From an uncultured Desulfopila sp. (lineage in GTDB: Bacteria; Desulfobacterota; Desulfobulbia; Desulfobulbales; Desulfocapsaceae), in contig CAZQOD010000001.1 in NCBI GenBank assembly GCA_964594945.1, positions 1 through 61,285 of the forward strand: a stretch of 61,285 bases of DNA. The letters are read 5' to 3'. The notes under the pieces are model-generated. The model was not told the origin of the DNA. It did no database searches and saw nothing but the letters and a program-made list of their open reading frames with translations. Each line of letters begins with the position of its first letter. Within the stretch, counting starts at the first letter, position 1. Below, one piece after another: positions 10,834 to 19,952 of the stretch. The translations under genes were made by a program, and so were the position numbers.

Positions 10834-11505
10834 TTACTTCACTTGCTGTATTGACAGTGAAGTCGTAAATATGGAAAAATTTTCGCTGTCCGCCCCATCC
10901 GAAAATTGAAGAGACAGCGAGACCATGGCCGGCATGCTGTTGCCGGCGTTTACCGGCTGGGCACCATCATAATGGTATTCATTATTTTCGATACCGTCCC
11001 CGTCGTAATAGAGAAAATTAACTTCTTGTAAACCGTCACATAACAGATATTTATTTAATTTAACACCATTTCTGTCCTGACCCGGCAAAATTCGACCGGC
11101 GGCGCGATATAATTTCAACAGCCCGCTTTCCTCATCCTGCTCGGTGGAGTATTTAATTATCGACAGTCCCCCGTGTTCATCCTCCCTGGTGAGACCCAGG
11201 TACATGGAAGAAACAAAGGTGAGAAGGTCACCGCCCGTTTCAGGATCTCCCGGTTCTTCACCCCGCATAAATCCACCTTTGCCCCTAATTATGGAAGAGA
11301 GATCATTGCTGATCATCTCCAGCGCAACACCGGCCTTCCCGGCAACCTCCATCTTTTTGCCCGTGGAATTAATCAGAAGAAATGTGGAACTGTACGATCC
11401 ATACACCACGGAGACAACAATCCCGAAAATAAAAATTGCCAGCAACAGTTCAATTAAGGTAAAACCCTGTGCCTCCACGGTTTTGCTAGTCATTCCAGTA
11501 GCCAT
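10834..11505 (-). CDS. gspJ: Minor pseudopilin GspJ
   Basis: QG|FTLIELLLAIFIF prepilin motif; gene order. Confidence 0.85.
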   Translation of the reverse strand: MATGMTSKTVEAQGFTLIELLLAIFIFGIVVSVVYGSYSSTFLLINSTGKKMEVAGKAGVALEMISNDLSSIIRGKGGFMRGEEPGDPETGGDLLTFVSSMYLGLTREDEHGGLSIIKYSTEQDEESGLLKLYRAAGRILPGQDRNGVKLNKYLLCDGLQEVNFLYYDGDGIENNEYHYDGAQPVNAGNSMPAMVSLSLQFSDGADSENFSIFTTSLSIQQVK

Positions 11506-11971
11506 AATATACCAGTGAATAACTGTAAGGAGAACCGTCCCACTCGATTTTTATATGTACTTTTTTCAGGGGAGCTGACATATCAGCAAGAATTTCAATC
11601 CCTTCAAAAAAAGCATCTTCAACCGTTAACGACCAGGAAAAGCCTGGAAAATCGGTAAATTCTCCGGTATCGGCGACACATTCCCTTATCCCACTTTGTA
11701 TCTCAGCTAGTTTTGCCGAGGCAAGAGACGATGCGACATAATTAAAGTGGGCCTCAGTCGCATAAGCCAGGCTCCTGCCCTGGGAACCGTACAATATTGT
11801 CAAGGTAATGGCCAGGATTGCTACAGCCACCATAACCTCAAGCAGCGTAAAGGCTGCGTCCCTTCGTATATCTGGTGAAAAAAGGAAAAACGGACGGTGG
11901 CGGACTCCATGGAAAGAGAATTTTTGAACGGGCGAAGACTTACTCGGCCGGAGTATATTTATCAAAGACAC
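11486..11971 (-). CDS. gspI: Minor pseudopilin GspI (true start may be downstream)
   Basis: AA|FTLLEVMVAVAILA prepilin motif; gene order. Confidence 0.82.
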   Translation of the reverse strand: MSLINILRPSKSSPVQKFSFHGVRHRPFFLFSPDIRRDAAFTLLEVMVAVAILAITLTILYGSQGRSLAYATEAHFNYVASSLASAKLAEIQSGIRECVADTGEFTDFPGFSWSLTVEDAFFEGIEILADMSAPLKKVHIKIEWDGSPYSYSLVYYGYWND

Positions 11972-12452
11972 GAACTACCTCTAGAAATGGCGAAAAATGC
12001 AGGCTCATAACCCGGCCGTCATCATCGGCAAGATGCAGTATAAGCTGATCCATATACCCTCTTTTGCTAACCCATATTTCGTTAAAGTCAAAGGGAAATA
12101 CCCCCTTTGACCTCGTCCATATTTCAGAGATTTCCACCGTTTCAGGCAGCATCAGGACATGATCGTCTTTTCTCTTTTCGTCCTTGTCTCCGCTCCCGGC
12201 CCCGCCGCCACCCCTGTCTTTTTCATACCAGATTTTGTTCTTCGTCCTCCCAAAATGGACGATATAAGATTGGTGTCCACTCACAGCCGACTCACGAACG
12301 TCATTGATAAAACCGATGATCTTTCGTGACGCAGTTTTTAACGGATCGTGGAAAAAAGCATCACGCAGGGACGGCGCACCCACGGCAAGCATCAAACCGA
12401 TCAGGGCACAGACAACAATCAACTCAAGAAGTGTAAATCCCTTACGATGCAT
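11940..12452 (-). CDS. gspH: Minor pseudopilin GspH
   Basis: KG|FTLLELIVV prepilin motif; follows gspG. Confidence 0.85.
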   Translation of the reverse strand: MHRKGFTLLELIVVCALIGLMLAVGAPSLRDAFFHDPLKTASRKIIGFINDVRESAVSGHQSYIVHFGRTKNKIWYEKDRGGGGAGSGDKDEKRKDDHVLMLPETVEISEIWTRSKGVFPFDFNEIWVSKRGYMDQLILHLADDDGRVMSLHFSPFLEVVRVFDKYTPAE

Positions 12453-12473
12453 ACAACCCTGTAGCCACCGACA

Positions 12474-12941
12474 TCACTCTATTTCCCAGTTATTGATATC
12501 TTTGCCATCATCTTCTCCTCCAGCCTCACCATCCTTGGCATATGAACTCAAATCAAAATCACCATTAACACCGGGACAGAGGTAGACGAATTCGTTACCC
12601 CACGGATCCTTCGGCACCTTCCTCTTTTCCAAATATCCGCCCTTTTTCCACTTGGCGGGTAATTTGCCGACGGAAGGCGGTTCAACCAGGGCCTGCAATC
12701 CCTGCTCGGTTGAAGGATACGACCCGTTATCGAGACGATACATTTTCAGCGCCGTTTCCATGGCCTGGATCTGCAACGCAGCCTTTGTACGTTTGGCCTC
12801 CTCGGGATGCCCCATTATTTTAGGACCGATATACCCGGCCAGGATACCGATAATGACCAGGACCACGAGGAGTTCAATCAAGGTGAAACCGGCACGGTCG
12901 GCCAGTAGTACATGTTGTAATTTTACTCTTTGTCTTTTCAT
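12474..12941 (-). CDS. gspG: Major pseudopilin GspG
   Basis: AG|FTLIELLVV, YRLDNGSYPSTEQGLQAL, PKDPWGN. Start reassigned to ATG 12941 (MKRQRV) to avoid overlap with the upstream gene. Confidence 0.95.
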   Translation of the reverse strand: MKRQRVKLQHVLLADRAGFTLIELLVVLVIIGILAGYIGPKIMGHPEEAKRTKAALQIQAMETALKMYRLDNGSYPSTEQGLQALVEPPSVGKLPAKWKKGGYLEKRKVPKDPWGNEFVYLCPGVNGDFDLSSYAKDGEAGGEDDGKDINNWEIE

Positions 12942-13000
12942 AATCAATACGCCACCAAAATAGAAACTATTACAAAAAAAAAGGTCGGCAACCCAGAAAA

Positions 13001-15169
13001 TCATACCCTGCGCATTCGTCTTAACCTGGAACATACACCAACAAACAACAGGGTACAGAATATTCCGAAAATTTTAATTTGAGTCGTGGTCTTCATTAAA
13101 ACCGCTACGGCCAGAACGACGGGATATAAAACAACGCGCACTATACCACGTAACCAGGCATTTTCACTAATAAGATCAGCAAGTGGCGGGGAATAATGAT
13201 AGTACATTGCGACACAACTGCGGCCCACGGTGCTCGGCATAAGATATTTATCTCGAAACCGTCGCAGCAGAACCACATGTTTATCCAAAATAGTGCCGAA
13301 GGCTGCCGTGGCAATAAAACAGGCATCATCCGTTTTAAAAGTCTCTTCGTTACCATAAATTACGGTGCCGTCCGCCATTACGGCAAAGGCGCGGAGATAA
13401 TAGGTCACATTGGGCGTAATCTCCGTAATTTCACTTGTAAATGAACCAAATCCGGCCCCGTCCTCCGTCTGGCCGGAACGAACGGTTTTGTAAATATATG
13501 ACCTGTCATATGAATCCTTTGGGAAAATCGTCTCTTTCTTATCATCCAACGTGCCGCTGTCCGTGGCCCCGCTGTTATCGGTGCCTTTTCCCGTGCTTTT
13601 TTCTTTATAGATCGGGCCCCCGGAAATATTATAACAGACCCCTCTGGTCTTAACGGTTGTACTACCCTGGCAGGACTTCAGGCAAGTATCATAACAAGTG
13701 GTGTTGCTGGGCCCAGTACTCAGGCTACACTGAACCCTGCACTTATTCTCGCATACATCATGACGAAATTCCTCAACAACCCCCCCCGACATGGCACCCA
13801 CCCGGGTAATCTCGGTTACCGGCATGGTGGTCACCCGGTAATTACCGGTAATTACACCCACGACCACGGGATTATCAACCGTAGCGGAATCTTCATAGCG
13901 TACCAGGACAAAATCCTTGTCCGTTCCATTTTCCGCAAAACCTGCAACCAACACCTTGCTGGAGGGCAGTAATGCCAGGGCATAACCTCCGTCATCCCTA
14001 TGATCAACATCCGTTACAACCTGGTTCACATGAAATTTGGTCAGACTCTGCGCTTTGCCGTTTTGCCCCGCAAGTGTCCAGACGGCCATATCCTGACCGT
14101 CGCTGAAAAGAGTGTAACCGGCGAGAACTATCGTGCCGTCATCCTGCTTGGCGACACCAAATGCCGCAGTATTATCATCCGAGGTACTGAGAAAAAAGCC
14201 CTTTTCGCCCCCAAAATCCGGGTCAACAATATCATCGGCTTTTAAACGGGCCAGGAAGGCACGTCGGTGCTCTTTACTGCCCACGGCACCCGCCATTAAA
14301 ACATTATCACCGGTCTCCAGGTAAATATCGTTGATACCCGCCCCATCACCGTCAAGACCCAGCAGGAACTCGCCTGCCGTACCAAAGGCGGAATCGGGGG
14401 CCCCGTTTTTATTACGGCGCAACAACCCTGCATGGGTCAAGCCGTCCTTTTCCACACTCCCCGCCAGAAGGATCTTACCGCTGTCGAACAGGACAAGGGA
14501 GCGCATCTCGGTTTTATCCCCGTATTCCCAGGAGACAACGCCGTTATTGCCGAAATCTTCGACCATTTGGCCATGATTATCCATCTTGACAAGGACTATC
14601 TCCCGGGCTGAATCATCGAGGGCGACGGTTGCGGTGGCCACAATCGTACCGTCGGCGGCAATTTTAAGGTCGGCGGCAACTATTTTTTCACCCTCCAGCG
14701 GAAAAACAACCCTGCCGTTATCGCCAAAAGAACCATCCGGATACCCGTCCTTCGTCAGGACGACCACCACCAACCTAGGTTGAGTATCAAAGGACGAACA
14801 GGCCAAAACCATCCTGCCGTCATCCTCCAGAGCCACGGCCCGGGCTATGCTGTCCCCCGAGCCCAGACTCATGGAAAATATACCGTCATGATTGAAGGTA
14901 TTATCAAGATTTCCACCGGCCAAATACCTGGCCACAACCACATTGGCCACAGCCCCGTTATCACTATAACCGGCCACCACATACCTGCCGTCCGCCTGGG
15001 TAACAAGTGCAAAAATCTCGTCATCACCCGTACCGAAATCATGGACGACAAAACCGTTATTGCCAAAATCGGTATCAACCCGATCAACGGCATTGGCGGG
15101 CAGCGTCGACAAGAGACAGAACAAAAAGACAAACCAGAATTTTTTTGCAGCCAACTCCATGTATTTCAT
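13001..15169 (-). CDS. Exported delta-60-repeat / FN3-like protein with C-terminal CFI-box-CTERM domain
   Basis: Signal peptide; repeats of the QADGRYVVAG...LDNTFNHDG type (PDGSFGDNG, PDSAFGTAG, DPDFGG); TYYLRAFA; CFIATAAFG...LRRFRDKYL...GRSCVAMYYHYSPPLA; hydrophobic tail ending RLRRMRRV. Confidence 0.88.
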   Translation of the reverse strand: MKYMELAAKKFWFVFLFCLLSTLPANAVDRVDTDFGNNGFVVHDFGTGDDEIFALVTQADGRYVVAGYSDNGAVANVVVARYLAGGNLDNTFNHDGIFSMSLGSGDSIARAVALEDDGRMVLACSSFDTQPRLVVVVLTKDGYPDGSFGDNGRVVFPLEGEKIVAADLKIAADGTIVATATVALDDSAREIVLVKMDNHGQMVEDFGNNGVVSWEYGDKTEMRSLVLFDSGKILLAGSVEKDGLTHAGLLRRNKNGAPDSAFGTAGEFLLGLDGDGAGINDIYLETGDNVLMAGAVGSKEHRRAFLARLKADDIVDPDFGGEKGFFLSTSDDNTAAFGVAKQDDGTIVLAGYTLFSDGQDMAVWTLAGQNGKAQSLTKFHVNQVVTDVDHRDDGGYALALLPSSKVLVAGFAENGTDKDFVLVRYEDSATVDNPVVVGVITGNYRVTTMPVTEITRVGAMSGGVVEEFRHDVCENKCRVQCSLSTGPSNTTCYDTCLKSCQGSTTVKTRGVCYNISGGPIYKEKSTGKGTDNSGATDSGTLDDKKETIFPKDSYDRSYIYKTVRSGQTEDGAGFGSFTSEITEITPNVTYYLRAFAVMADGTVIYGNEETFKTDDACFIATAAFGTILDKHVVLLRRFRDKYLMPSTVGRSCVAMYYHYSPPLADLISENAWLRGIVRVVLYPVVLAVAVLMKTTTQIKIFGIFCTLLFVGVCSRLRRMRRV

Positions 15170-15236
15170 CTCAACTCCAAAAGTTAATCAGCCGTTCCGA
15201 CCACAGCAACAATATGCAACCGAAACGAGATAGATA

Positions 15237-15254
15237 AACGGGGTTTTCCCCGTT
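15237..15254 (-). terminator. Hairpin between gspF and the CFI-box gene (possible attenuator or mRNA stability element)
   Basis: AACGGGG-N4-CCCCGTT perfect stem with only a weak U tract. Confidence 0.35.
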
Positions 15255-15294
15255 CGAATTCAAACAAGATAACCTGTGAACAAATACGCTCCCT

Positions 15295-16515
15295 CTAGCC
15301 AATCATCTGATTCATCTCAAAAATCGGCAGCAGAATCGACAAAACTACAAACCCCACGGCGGCACCCATACCGACGATCATGGCGGGTTCAATAAGGGAG
15401 GTCATACCCACTATCGCCGTCTCAACCTCCCTTTCGTAGGCCTTGGCCACCTTGGCCAGCATTCCCTCCAAGTTACCGCTCTTTTCACCGACGGCGATCA
15501 TCTGTACAAACATGGGGGGGAACCACGGAGAAAAAGAGAGCGAGTCGGCCATATTCTTCCCCTTACTAATCTGCAACATCGCCCTGTCTATTACCTCGGC
15601 AACGTGATAATTATTGACAATTGCCCGCATAATCGTCATGGCTGTGATCAACTCCACGCCACTGCCCAGCAGACTGGCCAAGGTGGAGGCAAACCTGGCC
15701 AGAATTACTTTCTGAACAACCTTACCGATAACAGGAGAACGAAGTTGCACCAGATCAAAAAATATCCGACCACGGGGACTCTGTATAAACCACCTTATCC
15801 CAAAAAATATACCACAAACAATACCAACCACAAGCCACCAATAGTTTTTCAAAAAACCGCTGAGTCCGATCAAAAAGAGGGTCGGCAAAGGTAAAACCTT
15901 GTCCATCTGGTCAAAGACCTTTGTAATATTGGGGACAATATAGGTAATAAGAAAAAATAAAATCCCCGTGCCGATCACCGCCATAAACACGGGGTAAACG
16001 AGAGCCGCCCGCAATTTACCCCTGAGAGATTCCTGTTTCTCACCAAAATCCGCCAATTTTTCCAAGACAACATCTAGTGACCCTGAGGCCTCCCCGGCAC
16101 GAACCATATTAACAAATATGGTTGAAAACAATTTTGGATGTTCTTCCATGGCCTGGGTCAAGGTCTTCCCTTCATTAACCAATTCCTTAATTTCGGCGAT
16201 ATTTTTTTTCAACAGGGGATTGGAAGTCTGGTCAACGAGGGAATTAAGGGCTTGAACCAGGGGGATGCCGGCACCCAGAAGCGTGGCGAGCTGGCGCGTC
16301 ATAACACTGATATCTTCAGGTTTTACCCGCTTGAAAAGGCTAAACATCCTACCCTGCGTGTCCGCAGAAGAACGACGTCTGCTCTCATAGATGGAAACGG
16401 GATACTGCCCGGAGGAACGGAGTTTTAACCGGGCCTGGGACTCACTTTCGGCATCAACTATGCCTTTGGTCTTTTTTCCGTTTCTGTCCAGGGCCTTATA
16501 TTCGTATACCGCCAT
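15295..16515 (-). CDS. gspF: Type II secretion platform protein GspF
   Basis: MAVYEYKALD, TRQLATLLGAGIPL, VRAGEASGSL, YP motif, EPAMIV...ILLPIF. Confidence 0.97.
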   Translation of the reverse strand: MAVYEYKALDRNGKKTKGIVDAESESQARLKLRSSGQYPVSIYESRRRSSADTQGRMFSLFKRVKPEDISVMTRQLATLLGAGIPLVQALNSLVDQTSNPLLKKNIAEIKELVNEGKTLTQAMEEHPKLFSTIFVNMVRAGEASGSLDVVLEKLADFGEKQESLRGKLRAALVYPVFMAVIGTGILFFLITYIVPNITKVFDQMDKVLPLPTLFLIGLSGFLKNYWWLVVGIVCGIFFGIRWFIQSPRGRIFFDLVQLRSPVIGKVVQKVILARFASTLASLLGSGVELITAMTIMRAIVNNYHVAEVIDRAMLQISKGKNMADSLSFSPWFPPMFVQMIAVGEKSGNLEGMLAKVAKAYEREVETAIVGMTSLIEPAMIVGMGAAVGFVVLSILLPIFEMNQMIG

Positions 16516-16650
16516 ATTCGATATCCAGTTCCATAACTTGCCAATTCATCAAAAGCGTACGAGTACACCTCCTCATAACATAACGTAAAATCAAATAAAA
16601 AGCTTGCATATGATGTAAACACCAACCCATTATCACCCAAATTTTGTATG

Positions 16651-16684
16651 TTTAATAATATAAAACATATTTTATATTATTAAA
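16651..16684. promoter_or_regulatory. Perfect 15-bp all-AT inverted repeat upstream of gspF
   Basis: TTTAATAATATAAAA-CATA-TTTTATATTATTAAA. Confidence 0.45.
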
Positions 16685-16792
16685 TCAATATGTTAACTAA
16701 ATAATTTCTTCAACAAATTTTTTTCTCGGAGAAGGGTGGGAACTATTCGAGAATAATGTGAATATGGAAAAGTGTCGACAAAGTGGACAATA

Positions 16793-17896
16793 TCAGCGCT
16801 GGGATCGGCTGGAAGAAACGTTATATTTAAAATATGAATGACAAATTCCCTCGTCGGAAATCATACACGGACCCACGGGATTTTCGGGAATACAGAACAT
16901 ACCGAAGGCCGGGCAATCCGGCGGCAGACCGCGACCGGAAATTATGGCGTTGCACTGGCACATGCACGACTCCTGCCCTTCATCAAACCTGATATTAAAT
17001 CGTTTAGTGGCGTCATAGAGAGAAAGTTCATCGCGGATCACAAAACCGCTGCGCTCGATGGTGCCAAGCCCACGCCAATCGGTATCCACGGCAAAAAACA
17101 CCTGGGACACCATTTTTCTGGCCTTTTTGGTATCCGCGGAAGAATAAATAAAAGCCGATGTATCATCGAAGAGAGATTCACCATTTCGAACCTGCTGAAC
17201 CAGGCTGACGATCCCTTCCAAGATATCAATACACTCAAAACCCGCTATGCAACAGGATAAATTATGTTTTTTGGCAAGATCGGTATAGGCTTCCGTATCG
17301 GAAATGGTATTAATATGATCTGAACAGAGCAAACCGCGTATATTGAGATCGGGGTCCCGCATCAATAAATCGATGGTCGGCGGCAATAATCGAATCGAAG
17401 GAATAACACAGAAATTTTCAAGACCGAGACCGGCAGCCTCAAGGATGGTCTCGGCGACACTGGGCGCGGTTGCTTCAAAACCAACCGCCGGGTAGACAAC
17501 GGTATAATCAGGCTCCCGCCTGGCAATATCAAGGGCGTCCATGGGCGAGAGGATCGGCTCTATACGGGCGCCCTTCTCGGCAATTGTCGCCAGGGAATCC
17601 CGACTACCAGGAACCTTGATCAGATCATCGCATGCGGCGGTTATAACGGAGGGCTGCACGGCAACCTTGACAAAGGCATCAATATGCCCGGCCGGCATAA
17701 CACAAACCGAGCAACCGGGCCCCGCAACAAGTTCAAGATATTCGGGTAGATGCTGACGGATACCATACTTTAAAATTGCCCTGTTCTGGGTACCGCAAAC
17801 CACCATCAACCGTATCGGTCGATCAACAAGATTGCGTATCTTCTCAAGCAATTCTTCTTGACAAGCCAATTCTTTTGTTTCAATCCCGGCTTCCAT
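16793..17896 (-). CDS. hypD: Hydrogenase maturation protein HypD (divergent)
   Basis: MVVCGT, GPGCSVC, GFEATAP and the C-terminal Cys cluster (GPCMISDEGIC). Start set at ATG 17896 after GGAAGG. Confidence 0.88.
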   Translation of the reverse strand: MEAGIETKELACQEELLEKIRNLVDRPIRLMVVCGTQNRAILKYGIRQHLPEYLELVAGPGCSVCVMPAGHIDAFVKVAVQPSVITAACDDLIKVPGSRDSLATIAEKGARIEPILSPMDALDIARREPDYTVVYPAVGFEATAPSVAETILEAAGLGLENFCVIPSIRLLPPTIDLLMRDPDLNIRGLLCSDHINTISDTEAYTDLAKKHNLSCCIAGFECIDILEGIVSLVQQVRNGESLFDDTSAFIYSSADTKKARKMVSQVFFAVDTDWRGLGTIERSGFVIRDELSLYDATKRFNIRFDEGQESCMCQCNAIISGRGLPPDCPAFGMFCIPENPVGPCMISDEGICHSYFKYNVSSSRSQR

Positions 17897-17976
17897 TTGG
17901 CATACCTTCCATCCCAGGCAAAACAAAAACCACCCCATTCAAGTACAGGGCCACCGTCAACTTCAATGTGACTCCG

Positions 17977-18222
17977 TTACTCTTTTGCGGCTTCCGCCTC
18001 ACTCTGCAACAATTTATAACTTTCCGAATCTACGACCTTTTCACTTTCGATCTGTTCAATCTCTCCACGGGTCAGATGAAATTTACCACACGCCGGACAT
18101 GTACCATCAAATTCGTCACCCACCGCCCGTGCCTTTAACTCGTCAACGGTCATATGATCAAGCTTGCCGCACGCACCACTGGGATTCTCTGCCCTTACCT
18201 GCGTTCTTCTTGCCTTTGGCAT
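17977..18222 (-). CDS. Small hypothetical Cys/His protein (possible zinc ribbon)
   Basis: 81 aa from ATG 18222 with GGGGAG RBS; GACGKLDH and CPACGKFH. Confidence 0.65.
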   Translation of the reverse strand: MPKARRTQVRAENPSGACGKLDHMTVDELKARAVGDEFDGTCPACGKFHLTRGEIEQIESEKVVDSESYKLLQSEAEAAKE

Positions 18223-18426
18223 GATAATCTCCCCTGCTTCTTCCATATTTTAGCAACGGAAGAAAGCGTACAAATTAACTGTGTATACTACATTATCATA
18301 AAAAAAAAACAACCAAGGGTGTTCAATTTTTCTTCCCTGGTTAAACCTTACAAATCAATGCCACCGACGGCATCAAAATCAACATTCCTGTTCGCAAACA
18401 AAATTTTCACAATAACCACCAAAGAT

Positions 18427-18485
18427 CGATTCAGGCGGCACCAGCCATTCAACTGTCATGCCGGAATGTATAACCGCCTGAATCG
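18427..18485 (-). terminator. Stem-loop downstream of the read-through mvhA stop
   Basis: Perfect 12-bp arms CGATTCAGGCGG/CCGCCTGAATCG with inner CATTC/GAATG, starting about 18 nt after TAG 18503. Confidence 0.55.
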
Positions 18486-18502
18486 TTGAGGGTACAGAAC
18501 AA

Positions 18503-19951
18503 CTACTTAACTATTCGATCAATTTCCTCCCCTGCCTTGTTAACGATGCTAACTGATACCGGTATACCACCATCCAGGCGGTGTGTAGCACAGGACATTC
18601 AGGGGTCATAGGCCCGAACGGCCATTTCCACCTGGTTTAATAAACCCTCATTGTATACGCCGTCTTTGATCAGCGTGGTAGCTGCCTGCTTAACACTCAT
18701 ATTCATTGGAGCTATATTATGAGTGGTGCCGACAATCAGATTTGCAGAAGTTATGCAACCGTTGTCGTCGGTTGTATAATCGTGAATCAAAGTCCCCCGT
18801 GGGGCCTCGACAACACCCACACCCCGGCCGGCCTTCGGCGTAACCCTGGCCCGTACCTTGGGGTCGGTTATCCCATCCCACTCCAACAATTCAATTGTCC
18901 GTTCACAGGCGTAAACCAGTTCAATCAACCGGGCATAATGATATAACAATGTCTGCTGGGCCGGGCGACCAAATGACGCCCTGAAGGCCTCCAGCGCCGC
19001 CTGGGCCTTTGGGGTGGAAATACAGTCGCAGACATTAATCCTGGCCAGGGTATTGGCCCGATAGATTCCCCTGGGCGCAGTCAGGGTCATATCAAACCCT
19101 TCATCCCATGATTTCGCGTAGGGCATTTTCGAATAACCCCACGGCTCAACATGTTCACCTAAATATTGCGAATATTCGTCACCTTCAAAATCGTCATAAC
19201 TACCGTCAGCCTTCATCAGCCTAAGTTTACCATCATACAGGCGCAACGACCCGTCTTCCCGGTCAACGGTACCGAGAAATCCGGTATTGATAACCCCCAG
19301 GTCACTGATGACATCCATATACTTGGAAAAAACGTTTTCTATCGCAAAATCCAGGGCATAGGTGGAAAAATCAAGTAACGTCCGGGTGCCCTCCAGGAGT
19401 TCGAGACGCTCTTCCTCAACCATGGGTTTTGCAAAACCTCCCACCACCCCGGCAATGGGATGTATGGCCTTGCCGGCAAATTTATCAAGCATCATCTGCC
19501 CCAATTGACGCATCTTGACAACCTTGGTGGCAAGTTCCGGGGCGGCTTTGACGACGCCCATCACATTTCTAACCGAATAATCACTATCCGGACCCAGGAC
19601 AAAATCGGGGGCCGCCAGAAAGAAGAAATGGAGTATTTTGTCGTTGATATGGGCCATCACCTGACACATTTCCCGCAATTTATAACCGGTCTCGGTGGGT
19701 GTTACCCCAAAGGCACCATCAACCGCCTTATTGGAGGCAAGATGATGCATCCACGGACAAATCCCGCAGATACGATTAACAATTCTGGGGACCTCTTCAG
19801 CGGGCCTTCCCTCTATAAATTTCTCAAATCCGCGCAGGGACTGAATATGAAGAAACGCATCCTCCACATTACCGTCATCGCCTAAATGTATAGCAATCTT
19901 GGCATGTCCTTCAATGCGGGAAACAGGTGCAATAGTTAAAACCTTTCCCAT
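18503..19951 (-). CDS. mvhA: [NiFeSe] F420-non-reducing (group 3c) hydrogenase large subunit, Sec451
   Basis: RIEGH, RICGIC, EAPRG. In-frame TGA (18601-18599) reads AYDP-U-MSCATH and the frame continues 31 codons to TAG 18503. Confidence 0.93.
18566..18582 (-). promoter_or_regulatory. SECIS-like hairpin (mvhA)
   Basis: ACCGCC-TGGAT-GGTGGT starting 16 nt after the TGA. Confidence 0.75.
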
Positions 19952-19952
19952 C

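Noticed and set aside
2190-16515. Cluster read as type IV pilus genes
   Set aside because: GspG, GspK and GspD signatures, gspC/gspN and the absence of PilT indicate a T2SS.
16603-16615. TTGCATATGA upstream of gspF as another island operator
   Set aside because: Only a partial match and outside the island; compatible with chance.
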